Shown one piece after another: positions 36,740 through 46,417 of a stretch of DNA of 64,000 bases (position 1 is its first letter; every line of letters begins with the position of its first letter). The position numbers and the translations under genes are program-made. The notes beneath the pieces were generated by a model, which did not search any database, had not been told where the DNA came from, and saw only the letters and a list, made by a program, of their open reading frames with translations. This DNA is from Tepidisphaera sp. (GTDB lineage Bacteria > Planctomycetota > Phycisphaerae > Phycisphaerales > UBA1924). The stretch spans positions 1,248,001 to 1,312,000 of the forward strand of contig CP051526.1 of NCBI GenBank assembly GCA_050916045.1, given 5' to 3'.

Positions 36740-38119
36740 ATGCCGAATCACACCTCCCGCCGCCAGTTCATCCAGTACGCCGCCGCGACCGGCGTGGGAG
36801 CCATGCTCCTGCCCCGCCGCGCCTGGGCTCTCAGCGACACCCGCCTCCGCGTGCTTTCGATCGGAGTCGTCGGCACCATCGGGGAAGCCGACCGCAAGAC
36901 CATCGCGAATCACCCCCTCGTCGATATGGTCGGCCTCTGCGACGTCGACGCCGAAGCCCTCGCCAAAGCCGCCGGCGACCACCCCAAAGCTTTCACCTGC
37001 GCCGATTACCGCGAAGCTTTCGACAAGCATGGCGACAAGTTCGACGCCGTCATCGTCTCCACGCCCGACCACTCGCACTGCTCGATCATGACGATGGCTC
37101 TCGCCAAGGGCAAGCACGTCTACGGTCAGAAGCCCGTCGTCCAGCAGCTTGAGGAACTCTCGCTCTTGGAGCGTGCGGTGAAAGCCAAGCCCAGCCTCGT
37201 GACGCAGACCGGCGCCCAGCGCATCGAGAGCACCGCCCGTCGCGTTGCTGTCGACATTCTCAAGTCAGGCGGCCTTGGCAAAGTCATCGAGGTCCACATC
37301 GCGTTCGGAAACGGCGCCCTCGCGGGCGGGTTTTACTTCGCCGATGGCAAGCTCGGTGAGCCGGTCGCTCCGCCCAAGGGTTTCAATTACGACCTCTGGC
37401 TCAACGGCGTGGGCACCGAGCAGCAGTACCCCTGCCGCCCGAACATGGCCAAGCGCCAGTGGCGCAGCTGGTGGAGCTTCGGCGGTGGGCAGATCACCGA
37501 CTGGGTCGTCCACCTCTCTGACGTCATGTTCTACGCGTTCCCTGAGCTTCAGAGCCCGGTGAGCGTCTGCTCGCGGACGCCTTCGCGCGACCTGTCGCAC
37601 TTCCACGCCGACCGCGTCTCCTCGACGATCACCTACGCCGTGAACTCGCCGAAATTCGCGAACACGACGTGCAACTTCCACTTCTACGACACGGGCCTCA
37701 AGCCCGACCGCGGCCAGCTCGGCCTCACCGGCGACGAATGGCCCGACGGGATCTTCACGGTCGTCGTGTGCGAGGGCGGCACGCTCGTGCTCGCACCCTC
37801 GGGGCCGATCGAGGTCTGGCGCGACGGGAAGAAGACCGACGGCCACGAGTGGCCGGGGCTTCCCAAGTACGAGTCGTTCAACCACTGGCACGCCTGGGTG
37901 GACAAAGCGCTCGGCAAGGACACGCCGCACCTCTGGATGCCCCTCGCGACCGGCATCCGCTGCACCGAGCCCGGCTTGCTCGCGGTGAAAGCGGCGAAGT
38001 ACCCCGGGCAGGTGCTCGCGTGGGATCGTGCTTCGCTGACCTTCACGAACCACGCGGAAGCGACCAAGACGCTCGTCCGGCGCGAGTACCGCAAGGGCTT
38101 CGAGCCCGTTCGCCTGTGA
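36740..38119 (+). CDS. Tat-exported Gfo/Idh/MocA oxidoreductase
   Basis: SRRQFIQ twin-arginine signal, LCDVD, VSTPDHSH, KHVYGQKP, GGGQITDWVVH. Confidence 0.9.
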   Translation: MPNHTSRRQFIQYAAATGVGAMLLPRRAWALSDTRLRVLSIGVVGTIGEADRKTIANHPLVDMVGLCDVDAEALAKAAGDHPKAFTCADYREAFDKHGDKFDAVIVSTPDHSHCSIMTMALAKGKHVYGQKPVVQQLEELSLLERAVKAKPSLVTQTGAQRIESTARRVAVDILKSGGLGKVIEVHIAFGNGALAGGFYFADGKLGEPVAPPKGFNYDLWLNGVGTEQQYPCRPNMAKRQWRSWWSFGGGQITDWVVHLSDVMFYAFPELQSPVSVCSRTPSRDLSHFHADRVSSTITYAVNSPKFANTTCNFHFYDTGLKPDRGQLGLTGDEWPDGIFTVVVCEGGTLVLAPSGPIEVWRDGKKTDGHEWPGLPKYESFNHWHAWVDKALGKDTPHLWMPLATGIRCTEPGLLAVKAAKYPGQVLAWDRASLTFTNHAEATKTLVRREYRKGFEPVRL

Positions 38120-38269
38120 TCAGATGGAGAGCTCGCCGGGCGCAGCCGCACCGGACGCCGCGAGCGTCGACTGCGGAGTGATCTTCACACCCCCGTCCGC
38201 AACGTTTCGCGAGCGTTTTCCACGCGCGGAGCCGCGCTGCGCCCGCCCCAACACGCCTAATCTGCGCCC

Positions 38270-39526
38270 ATGCTCCAGACCTCCCGCCGTGTCGCCGCTC
38301 TCAAGCCCTCCGTCACCATCGCGTTCATGAACCGCGCGAAAGCCATGAAGGCCGCCGGCCAGGATGTCCTCAATTTCTCCGCCGGTGAACCCGACTTCGA
38401 CACCCCCAAGCTCATCAAGGACGCCGCCATCGCGTCCCTCAACGCCGGCACCACCAAGTACATGGCCACCCTCGGCACGCCCGAAGCCCGCGCCGCCATC
38501 GCCAAGAAGCTCACCGAGGAAAACGGCATCCCCAACTGCACCGCCGATCACATCGCCATCGGCTCGGGCGGCAAGCACTCGCTCTTCGTCGCGTGCCACG
38601 TCCTCCTCGATGACGCCCACGCGACCGGCGAGCCCCAGCAGGAGGTCCTCCTCCCCGTCCCGACCTGGGTCAGCTACGCCCCCATCGCCGAACTCGCCGG
38701 CGGCAAGGTCATCGAGCTCCACACCTCTCCCGACCACGACTTCAAGATCACCCCGGACCAGCTTCGCAAAGCCATCACGCCCCGCTCTCGCCTCCTCATC
38801 CTCAACAGCCCCAGCAACCCCTGCGGCACGATGTATACCCCCGATGAGCTCAAAGCCCTCGGCAAGGTCGTCGCCGAAGCCGCCCGCACGGTCGCTCCCA
38901 ACCTCGTCGTCCTGTCGGATGAGATCTACGAGAAGATCGTCTACGGCGGCATCCCGCACTATTCGATCGGCTCGGACCCCGAGATCGCCGAACGCGTCGT
39001 GACGCTCAACGGCCTCTCCAAAGCCTACTCGATGACCGGCTGGCGCATCGGCTACATCGCGGGCTCGGGCGACTTCGGCAAGCGCTTCACCGCCGCGATG
39101 GGCGTGCTCCAGGGTCAGATGTCGACGAACATCACGAGCTTCATCTACGCTTCCATCAAGGTCGCGCTCGAACAGTGCGGCGGCGAGGTCGCGATGATGC
39201 GTGACGCTTTCGCCTCCCGCGCCAAGCTCATCAACGACCTGCTCGGCAAGGTCCCCGGCGTCCGCAACATCCAAGCCACCGGCGCCTTCTACGCCTTCCC
39301 CGACGTCTCGGCCCACTTCGGCAAGACCACCAAGGGCGGCAAGAAGCTCAACTCCGCCCTGGACTTCTGCGAAGCCCTGCTCGCCGAAGAGCTCGTCGCG
39401 TTCGTCCCCGGCGAAGACTTCGGCGGCTGCGGCAAGAACCACGTCCGCATCAGCTTCGCTTGCAGCGAGGACCAGATCCGCAAGGGCGTCGACCGCCTCG
39501 CGAAGTTCGTCGCCGGTTTGCATTGA
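38270..39526 (+). CDS. aspC: PLP-dependent class I/II (aspartate) aminotransferase
   Basis: AGEPDFDTP, LNSPSNPCG, SDEIYE, NGLSKAYSMTGWRIG. Confidence 0.88.
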   Translation: MLQTSRRVAALKPSVTIAFMNRAKAMKAAGQDVLNFSAGEPDFDTPKLIKDAAIASLNAGTTKYMATLGTPEARAAIAKKLTEENGIPNCTADHIAIGSGGKHSLFVACHVLLDDAHATGEPQQEVLLPVPTWVSYAPIAELAGGKVIELHTSPDHDFKITPDQLRKAITPRSRLLILNSPSNPCGTMYTPDELKALGKVVAEAARTVAPNLVVLSDEIYEKIVYGGIPHYSIGSDPEIAERVVTLNGLSKAYSMTGWRIGYIAGSGDFGKRFTAAMGVLQGQMSTNITSFIYASIKVALEQCGGEVAMMRDAFASRAKLINDLLGKVPGVRNIQATGAFYAFPDVSAHFGKTTKGGKKLNSALDFCEALLAEELVAFVPGEDFGGCGKNHVRISFACSEDQIRKGVDRLAKFVAGLH

Positions 39527-39538
39527 CGCTGGATTCGG

Positions 39539-40747
39539 TCAGGACTGAAGCGGGACGGCCGCTTTCACATCCAAGCCAAACGCCTCAAGCCCCGGCATCG
39601 GCTTGGGGTTGTTCGTGAGCAACCGAATCGACGTCAGCCCCAGGTCCCGCAGGATCTGCCCGCCGATCCCGTACTCCCGAAGCGGCATCGGCACCGCGTT
39701 CGCCGCGATGCTCGCCGCGTGCGTGAGCTGAGGGCTGTCGTCCCCCGGCTTGTGCTCGACGCGAAGCGTCTGAAGCTCCGTCTCCAAGCTCCCCGCTTCG
39801 CCCCCTTGCGTCCGCAGGTACACGATCGCGCCGCACCCCTCGGCCTGAATAGCTTTCATCGCCGCGCGAAGCGTGTCGCCCGTCGGCCCCGTCGGCGAGG
39901 ATGCAAGGTCTCCGAAGACATCCCCGAGCAGGTTCCGCCGATGCATCCGCACCAGGGGCGAAGCGGAGGGCGTCCCGCTCTGCACCTTCCCCGGCTGATC
40001 GAGTTTCAGCCCCTTGCTCAGGACCAGGTGCGGCAGCGCGTCGACGATGCTCTCGTAAAGCGTGACGTCAAACTCGCCCAGCGGCGTCCGGAGCACCCGC
40101 GGCGGGCTGTTCGGCGCGACGCGACGCACCAGACTCTCGCGTGCAAGCCGGTACTCGATGATCTGCGCCACCGAGCACATCTTCATCTTGTGCTGAGCAC
40201 AGAACTTCTCCAGGTCCGGGACGCGGGCCATCGTCCCATCGTCCTTCATCACCTCCATGATGACCGCCGCCGGCGTGAGCCCCGCCAGCCTGCACAGATC
40301 CACCGACCCCTCCGTCTGCCCCGTCCGCACCAGCGTCCCGCCTGTCCGCGACCGAAGCGGGTTGATATGCCCCGGCTTCACAAAGTCCTCCGGCCCATAC
40401 GTGGGGTCAATCGCCATCCGGATGCACTTGGCCCGCTCGACCGCCGAGACGCCCGTCGTCCCGCCAAACTTGGGGTGCAGGTCGATCGACACCGTGAACG
40501 CGGTGCCGCGGACGCTCGTGTTCTGAGCGGCTTGCGGGTGGAGTTGAAGCCGGTCGCACTCCTCCTCGGGGAGGGAGAGGCACAGGTACCCCAGCGCTTG
40601 CTTGAGGAGGAACGTGACGGCTTCGGGCGTGACGAACTGAGCGGGGAGGATGACGTCCCCTTCGTTCTCGCGGCTTTCATCATCCGTGAGGATGACCATC
40701 CGGCCCTGCCGCAGTTCTTCGAGAATCTCGTCAATCGGTGAGAACAT
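39539..40747 (-). CDS. ribB: DHBP synthase fused to a degenerate GTP cyclohydrolase II-like domain (RibBX-type)
   Basis: DDESRENEGD, TAFTVSID, PGHINPL, RTGQTEGSVDL. C-terminal domain keeps YGIGGQILRDLG...LLTNNP but lacks the Zn-binding cysteines. Confidence 0.92.
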   Translation of the reverse strand: MFSPIDEILEELRQGRMVILTDDESRENEGDVILPAQFVTPEAVTFLLKQALGYLCLSLPEEECDRLQLHPQAAQNTSVRGTAFTVSIDLHPKFGGTTGVSAVERAKCIRMAIDPTYGPEDFVKPGHINPLRSRTGGTLVRTGQTEGSVDLCRLAGLTPAAVIMEVMKDDGTMARVPDLEKFCAQHKMKMCSVAQIIEYRLARESLVRRVAPNSPPRVLRTPLGEFDVTLYESIVDALPHLVLSKGLKLDQPGKVQSGTPSASPLVRMHRRNLLGDVFGDLASSPTGPTGDTLRAAMKAIQAEGCGAIVYLRTQGGEAGSLETELQTLRVEHKPGDDSPQLTHAASIAANAVPMPLREYGIGGQILRDLGLTSIRLLTNNPKPMPGLEAFGLDVKAAVPLQS

Positions 40748-40770
40748 GAGGCACCAGCCTAGCACGCCAG

Positions 40771-41694
40771 CTAGCGAGCCGGAGCGGGAACGGGCGGAGT
40801 GGGCTTGGGCCCGGCCGGAGCAGCCGATCCCGCGGCTTTGGCGGCCTGGGCGGCTTTGAACTTGTTCTCGTAGTGCTTGCTCACAGCGACGAACGCGAGA
40901 GCGGCGGGCATGAAGATCTTCTCGCCCGCTTTCCGCGAAACGTCGCTGAACCCGGCGACCTCCCCTCGCCGCACCTCATCGCGAAGCTCGATGATCGCGT
41001 TGTCGAAGATCTTGACCAGGCTCGCCCACATGTTCCATTCCGACTTCGTCCGCGGCCGATACCGCGAGATCACCGGCAGGTTCAGGGGCGGCACGATGTA
41101 CCACTTCTCGCCCACAAGCCGCATCGAAAGCCCCACCGGCGGCAGGATCGCTTTCCCATCCAAAAGCAGCGCTGCCTGATCGTCGTTGACCATCTCGGTC
41201 GTCAGGCGGCCGGACTGATCCTCGATCCACCCGTACGGGTCCGCGAAGACCTGCGTGATCAGGTCCTGCGCGATCGCTTCCCGCTGCTCCCGGCTGACCT
41301 GCCGCCCCGCGGTCACAAGCTGGTTGACCATGGCTCCGGCGCCCGTCGCGTTTCCGCGCTTGGCCGCTTCCTTGGCTTTGGCTTCGGCTTCCTTGGCGAG
41401 CTTGGCCATGTCTTCCGGGAACCGCGTCTGGATCTCCTGAGCAAGCTCCTGCATGTGGGCCATCAGCTTGCCCACGCGGACGAGAAACGCCCGCTCCAGG
41501 TCGTCTTCGGCGTAGATCAGCTCATGGAACCGGGCCGTCTCCCCGGCTTTGAGCATGGCCCTTGCCGAAGCCACGACATCATCGGGCGTCGCTTGGCTGT
41601 ACGCGGTCGGCCGCTTCTCGCACGAAGCGAACATCGAGACCGCCGCCAAGGCCAGCCCGGCCAAACCCGCGAGAAAGACGCGTGCCCGTGTCAT
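40771..41694 (-). CDS. Hypothetical lipoprotein
   Basis: MTRARVFLAGLAGLALAAVSMFASC signal/lipobox; TACACT box 5 nt upstream. Confidence 0.75.
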   Translation of the reverse strand: MTRARVFLAGLAGLALAAVSMFASCEKRPTAYSQATPDDVVASARAMLKAGETARFHELIYAEDDLERAFLVRVGKLMAHMQELAQEIQTRFPEDMAKLAKEAEAKAKEAAKRGNATGAGAMVNQLVTAGRQVSREQREAIAQDLITQVFADPYGWIEDQSGRLTTEMVNDDQAALLLDGKAILPPVGLSMRLVGEKWYIVPPLNLPVISRYRPRTKSEWNMWASLVKIFDNAIIELRDEVRRGEVAGFSDVSRKAGEKIFMPAALAFVAVSKHYENKFKAAQAAKAAGSAAPAGPKPTPPVPAPAR

Positions 41695-41729
41695 GCCCAA
41701 GTGTAAGGGCTCGCCGCGGATCGGTTGCG

Positions 41730-42785
41730 TCACCCTCGCAAAGGGCTCTGAGCCCGCCCGCCCGCCGTCGCCGCGGCCGACTTTCCCACCGCCCGGATGA
41801 TCAGGGCCGAGATCACCCCGTGATCCAGCACATCCGCGACCACCGGGAGGGTCTCGGTCCTGCTCCCGGCTTCGCCACGCTTGGCTTTGGATTTGACCGG
41901 TCCGGGAAGCAGGGTCGCCGCGGCCCGACTCGACGAGCGAAGCACCGCATCCGCCGGCAGGCGGCAAAGCATCAGCGAGACCGCCCCGGCCCGGAGGGTC
42001 ACCTCGGACCGGTCCCGACCGGCTTCGATCGCCGGAAAGGCCCGAGAGAACGCGCCGTCATAGGCCAGGGCCGCTCGCTTCATGTCCGCCGTGGCGGAAG
42101 CCAGCCCCTTCGCATCCGCCGCCGGACGCTCAACCGCGAGGGCGGCAAGCGTCGCCAGCGCCGCCCTGAGGTCCTCAAGCTCGCCCTCGAGCTCTTCCCG
42201 CGTGTCCAGCAGCGCGCCGGCCGAACCCCGCATGACCATCGGGATGACCACGCGGGCGATCGGGTCCGCGAGTTCGGCTTCGGCTTTCTGCGCGATGCTC
42301 GCGGGCTCGGCGCGGGCCACGGTGAACCCGTGGCGGCACGCGAACCGATCAAGCCCTGCGACCAGCGGCACGGAGATCGCAGGGTCCGGCCCGCCGCGGA
42401 GCACATCGTGCGCCACCGCTTCGATCAGCTCCCCGCGATCCTCGCCGAAGGACTGCCGCACGAACGGCCGCATCGCCGCATACCGCTCATCCGCCGCGAG
42501 TTTTTCCCAAACCGCCCGCATGTCGTCCGCCGCGTCATCCGGCCCGTGCGAGGACGAGACGACACCCTCGCTCCAAAGCGGCATCGACCATTCCCAGCTT
42601 TCCATCAGCCGCGCATACCGCGCCGACCCCGAAGCCACCGCCCGCACATCCTCAAGCCCACCCTCGCCGCCGCGTGTCCGGAAAACCCCCGGCATGAACG
42701 TCACCACCCGCGAAGCAAGCAGCAGCGAAACCATCGCGGGAAGCTCGCGCGTGGTCAGGTGATACGGACTGACCGCCAAAATCAC
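41730..42785 (-). CDS. Hypothetical protein
   Basis: GTGA-coupled to the upstream hydrolase; protein-like composition (GGPDPAISVP, LDRFACRHG). Confidence 0.7.
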   Translation of the reverse strand: MILAVSPYHLTTRELPAMVSLLLASRVVTFMPGVFRTRGGEGGLEDVRAVASGSARYARLMESWEWSMPLWSEGVVSSSHGPDDAADDMRAVWEKLAADERYAAMRPFVRQSFGEDRGELIEAVAHDVLRGGPDPAISVPLVAGLDRFACRHGFTVARAEPASIAQKAEAELADPIARVVIPMVMRGSAGALLDTREELEGELEDLRAALATLAALAVERPAADAKGLASATADMKRAALAYDGAFSRAFPAIEAGRDRSEVTLRAGAVSLMLCRLPADAVLRSSSRAAATLLPGPVKSKAKRGEAGSRTETLPVVADVLDHGVISALIIRAVGKSAAATAGGRAQSPLRG

Positions 42786-44272
42786 TTGAGCGCCTCCGGC
42801 TTCTCGGCACCGGGAGCGGACGGAACATCGCCCGGCGGAACCATCGGGAGGCGCGGCTTGCGGCCCTCCGAAGCGGCTGTCAGCCATGCACTGATCTCCG
42901 TCAGCCGTCCCGCGACCGACGCGAAGAGCATCTCGTGCCCGACCTGAAGCAGAATCCGCTCCGGTTTGCCCAGCCGCGCCCAAAGCAGATCGCCCAGCGC
43001 CGCTGGCACCGCCCGATCAAGCACACCGTGAAGCATCAGCACCGGTTTGTCCCGAAGCACCTTCGCCGTGTGATATCCGTCCAGCGGAGCCGCCGCCAGA
43101 TAAAACGCGTCAACCCGCCGCTCATCCGCTTCGGTCGGCTCGCCACGGAGCCACCGGTACCGAAGGGCGTCCGCCGTCCGTCGGTAGTTGCTCCGTGAAT
43201 TGATCAGCCAGTAGTCCACGCCCCCGCCGATCAGCACCGCCGCGAGGTAGCGATCAGGCTCGCGTGCGACGACCGTCGGCAGCGTGATCGCCCCGGCGCT
43301 CGACCCCACGACCACCCGCGGCAGGTTCGCCAGATCAGGTCGTACCGACGACACGTGCTGAAAAGCCGCTTCCACCGCGTACGCGATCTCCGCCGCTCGC
43401 GACTGAAGCACCTTGGCCAACTGATTGGCCGGCACGCTCAGGTCCTTCCGCGTGTCAAACTCGAACGTCACCGTCTCCGTGAACCGCGACGACGCCGCCA
43501 AGAGGCGAAGCACGAACCACCCGTCCTGGCGAAGCCGCCGGACCATCACATCGATCACCGTGTCCGGGGTTCCGAACAGTCCCGGCATCACCAGCGCAAT
43601 CCCCCGCGAGCCTGCCGCCGGAAGAATCCCCGACATCGCGTCCCCCGTCGCGTACGGCTCGTAAAGCACGAAGTTGGTCCTTTGCAGCACATGCCGGAGC
43701 GAACCGGGCGGTCCAGCAGGGTCTTGCTCGCTTTCAACCGAGATGTACTTGAACCGGAGCACCGGCCGATCGGTGGGCTTGGCTTTCTGATTGAAGTGAA
43801 GCCCCTCGACGGGCTCGAACGACACGAGGAACGCCCCGCGACCCTCAAAGGCGATCTCACGCGGGCTGGCTTCCTGCGCCGCTTCCCGCCATGTCGCCAT
43901 GTCCCGAAGATCTTCGGCGTTGGGCTGAACGGGCCCGCCCAGCCCATATCGCTGGTACCAGCCGAGCACCTCGCCGGGCATGTCACGAATGACGCCAAGC
44001 TTCGCGTTCGGTCCCTCGCCGACACGCACCCGCTCCGGCCACGCTTTCGAGTAATCGAGGAACTCCCCGTCCGCGTCCGCAGTCCACTTGGGCAGCGGCG
44101 TGAGCACGGGCTTGGGCTCTGGCGTAGCTTCGGGCTTGGTCTCGGGCGGAGCCGAGCTCTGTCCGGCTGCGGAAGTAGTGACGAAAAGCGCGAGCACCGC
44201 AACCGCGGCCCGAGCGATCCACGCCCTTGCGATCCGCGTGCCGACGATGTCACCGCCCGTCGCCATGCTCAT
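42782..44272 (-). CDS. Secreted alpha/beta hydrolase
   Basis: Signal peptide, VGSSAG (GxSxG), LHGVLDRAVP (Asp), VGHEML (His); ATGA-coupled to galE. Confidence 0.85.
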   Translation of the reverse strand: MSMATGGDIVGTRIARAWIARAAVAVLALFVTTSAAGQSSAPPETKPEATPEPKPVLTPLPKWTADADGEFLDYSKAWPERVRVGEGPNAKLGVIRDMPGEVLGWYQRYGLGGPVQPNAEDLRDMATWREAAQEASPREIAFEGRGAFLVSFEPVEGLHFNQKAKPTDRPVLRFKYISVESEQDPAGPPGSLRHVLQRTNFVLYEPYATGDAMSGILPAAGSRGIALVMPGLFGTPDTVIDVMVRRLRQDGWFVLRLLAASSRFTETVTFEFDTRKDLSVPANQLAKVLQSRAAEIAYAVEAAFQHVSSVRPDLANLPRVVVGSSAGAITLPTVVAREPDRYLAAVLIGGGVDYWLINSRSNYRRTADALRYRWLRGEPTEADERRVDAFYLAAAPLDGYHTAKVLRDKPVLMLHGVLDRAVPAALGDLLWARLGKPERILLQVGHEMLFASVAGRLTEISAWLTAASEGRKPRLPMVPPGDVPSAPGAEKPEALK

Positions 44273-45306
44273 CCCTTGTACCCGCGCGGGTGCTTCTCAA
44301 ACCACGACCACGCCGACTGCACGATCGTCCTCAGGTCCCCAACCTGCGCCTTCCAGCCAAGTTCCCGCTGGATCTTCGACGTGTCGGCGTAAAGCCGGGC
44401 CGGGTCGCCCGCCCGCCGCGGCTGCTCAACCACCTTGAAGTCCCGTCCGGTCACGCTCCGCACCATCTCGATGATCTCGCGGACCGAATACCCCTTGCCG
44501 ATGCCCAGGTTGTAGTGCCGTTCCTCCCACGCTTCGGGCTTGAGGGCCCGCATCACCGTCTCGTGCGCATCGGCGAGGTCTTCGACATGCACATAGTCGC
44601 GCACGCACGTCCCGTCCGGGGTCGGATAATCAGTCCCGAAAAGCGACACATGCGGCCGCACGCCCAGGGCCGCCTGCAGGATGACCGGGATGATGTGGCT
44701 TTCCGGGTCGTGGTCCTCGCCGAGAACCCCGCCCCGGTGCGCACCGGCGACGTTGAAGTACCGGAGCGCGGCGTAGGAAAACGGCTGCTTCTTGCGCCGG
44801 CACCCCTCGGCGACGTCGCGCAGAATGTGCTCGCCGTGAAGCTTGGTCCAGCCGTACGGGCTCATGGGGTTCTGGGGGCAGTCCTCGCGGACGGGGATCT
44901 GGTTCTCGGGAGGCATGCCGTAGGTCGCGCAGGAACTGCTGAACACGAACCTCGGCACGCCCGCCGCGACCACCGCGTCCAGCAGCGAGATCATGCCGAC
45001 GATGTTGTTCCGGTAATACCAGAGGGGGTGGTCGACGCTCTCGCCGACGTACGCGAGTGCCGCAAAGTGCATGACCGCGTCGATCTTGTGCTTGCGGAGG
45101 GCGTCCTCGACCAGCCCGCGATCGGCGATGTCGCCCGCGAGGAACGAGAAGTTCTTGCCGCTGGGCGAGTGCTTGAGGATGTGCACGGCGGCTTGGTTGC
45201 CGCGGTGCAGGTTGTCGACCGCAACGACGGTGTGCCCCTCGGTGAGCAGTTTGAGACAGGCGTGAGACCCGATGTAGCCGGCGCCGCCGGTGACCAAGAC
45301 GTTCAT
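44269..45306 (-). CDS. galE: UDP-glucose 4-epimerase
   Basis: VLVTGGAGYIGSH, HFAALAYVGESV, FSSSCATYG, PYGWTK, LRYFNVAGA, DGTCVRDYVHV. Confidence 0.97.
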   Translation of the reverse strand: MNVLVTGGAGYIGSHACLKLLTEGHTVVAVDNLHRGNQAAVHILKHSPSGKNFSFLAGDIADRGLVEDALRKHKIDAVMHFAALAYVGESVDHPLWYYRNNIVGMISLLDAVVAAGVPRFVFSSSCATYGMPPENQIPVREDCPQNPMSPYGWTKLHGEHILRDVAEGCRRKKQPFSYAALRYFNVAGAHRGGVLGEDHDPESHIIPVILQAALGVRPHVSLFGTDYPTPDGTCVRDYVHVEDLADAHETVMRALKPEAWEERHYNLGIGKGYSVREIIEMVRSVTGRDFKVVEQPRRAGDPARLYADTSKIQRELGWKAQVGDLRTIVQSAWSWFEKHPRGYKG

Positions 45307-45314
45307 GACGGATG

Positions 45315-45342
45315 ATATCGGCCCGCCGGGTCCGGACCTTTG
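45315..45342 (-). promoter_or_regulatory. Putative sigma28-type promoter of galE
   Basis: Minus strand CAAAG-N15-GCCGATAT ending 8 nt before the galE ATG. Confidence 0.55.
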
Positions 45343-45406
45343 TTCCCGGCTCGCCGGGTGCCACCGCTCCGCCCGGCCGCCCGCGCCGGTTCACCTACCA
45401 TCGGGA

Positions 45407-46405
45407 ATGCTCGCGGCGCGTGATCTTCGGGTCGGTTTCGTCGATGCCCAGGGCACGACGCGTGACGCCGTCCGATCCGCTTCCCTCACGGTTCATCCCG
45501 GCCAGATCGTCGCGGTGGTGGGGGAGTCCGGATCGGGCAAGAGCGTCACCGCTCTCGCGCTCATGGGCCTGCTCCCGCCCTCGGCCCGGGTCCAGAACGC
45601 GCCGCCCGTCCGCGCCGCCGCAGGCCCGCGGCTTGCCATGATCTTCCAAGAGCCGATGTCGAGCCTCAACCCGTCGATGACCATCGGCGACCAGATCGCC
45701 GAAGCCGTCACGATCCACCAGGGCCTCCGCGGACCCCAGCTCCGGCAAGCGTGCGAAGCCGCTCTCGCCGATGTCGGCATCACCGACGCCAAGCGACGCC
45801 TCGGCCAGTACCCCCACGAGTTCTCCGGCGGGATGTGCCAGCGCGTCATGATCGCGATGGCTCTCGCCTGCCGCCCCGACTTCCTCATCGCCGATGAACC
45901 CACCACCGCGCTGGACGCGACCGTGCAAGCTCAGATTCTGGACCTGATCGCGTCCCGCGTGCACCCCCGCGCCGCCGACTCCAGCCCGCTCGGCGTCCTC
46001 CTGATCACCCACGACCTCGGGGTCGTCGCCCAGCGCGCCGATGTCGTCTGCGTCATGTATTCCGGCCGCGTCGTCGAGTACGGACGCGCCGCCCGGGTCC
46101 TTCGGTCGCCGATGCACCCGTACACGCAGGCTCTCCTCGGCTGCGCGCCGCGGCTGGGTCGCCGCGTCGAGCGCCTTCCGACCGTCGCCGAGGTCGTGAC
46201 CGAAGCTTCACTCATCGTTCACACCCCGCTGGGCGAGCGGACCGCATGGTGGCCGGCGGAGAACGCGTCGAGCGAGAAGGCGGATCCGGCCCTGATCCCC
46301 GTGGGCGAGGAGTGCTGGCTTTGCATCAGGCCTCAGGCGGGCGACCCCGCGCCGTCCGCGCCGGATCTCGCTCCGCTCATGCTTGCCGACGCGGGACGCC
46401 GATAG
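45407..46405 (+). CDS. Peptide/nickel ABC transporter ATP-binding protein (DppD/OppD-like)
   Basis: GESGSGKS, IFQEPMSSLNP, YPHEFSGGMCQR, IADEPTTALD, ITHDL, HPYT. Confidence 0.92.
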   Translation: MLAARDLRVGFVDAQGTTRDAVRSASLTVHPGQIVAVVGESGSGKSVTALALMGLLPPSARVQNAPPVRAAAGPRLAMIFQEPMSSLNPSMTIGDQIAEAVTIHQGLRGPQLRQACEAALADVGITDAKRRLGQYPHEFSGGMCQRVMIAMALACRPDFLIADEPTTALDATVQAQILDLIASRVHPRAADSSPLGVLLITHDLGVVAQRADVVCVMYSGRVVEYGRAARVLRSPMHPYTQALLGCAPRLGRRVERLPTVAEVVTEASLIVHTPLGERTAWWPAENASSEKADPALIPVGEECWLCIRPQAGDPAPSAPDLAPLMLADAGRR

Positions 46406-46417
46406 AGGTCGATCCCC

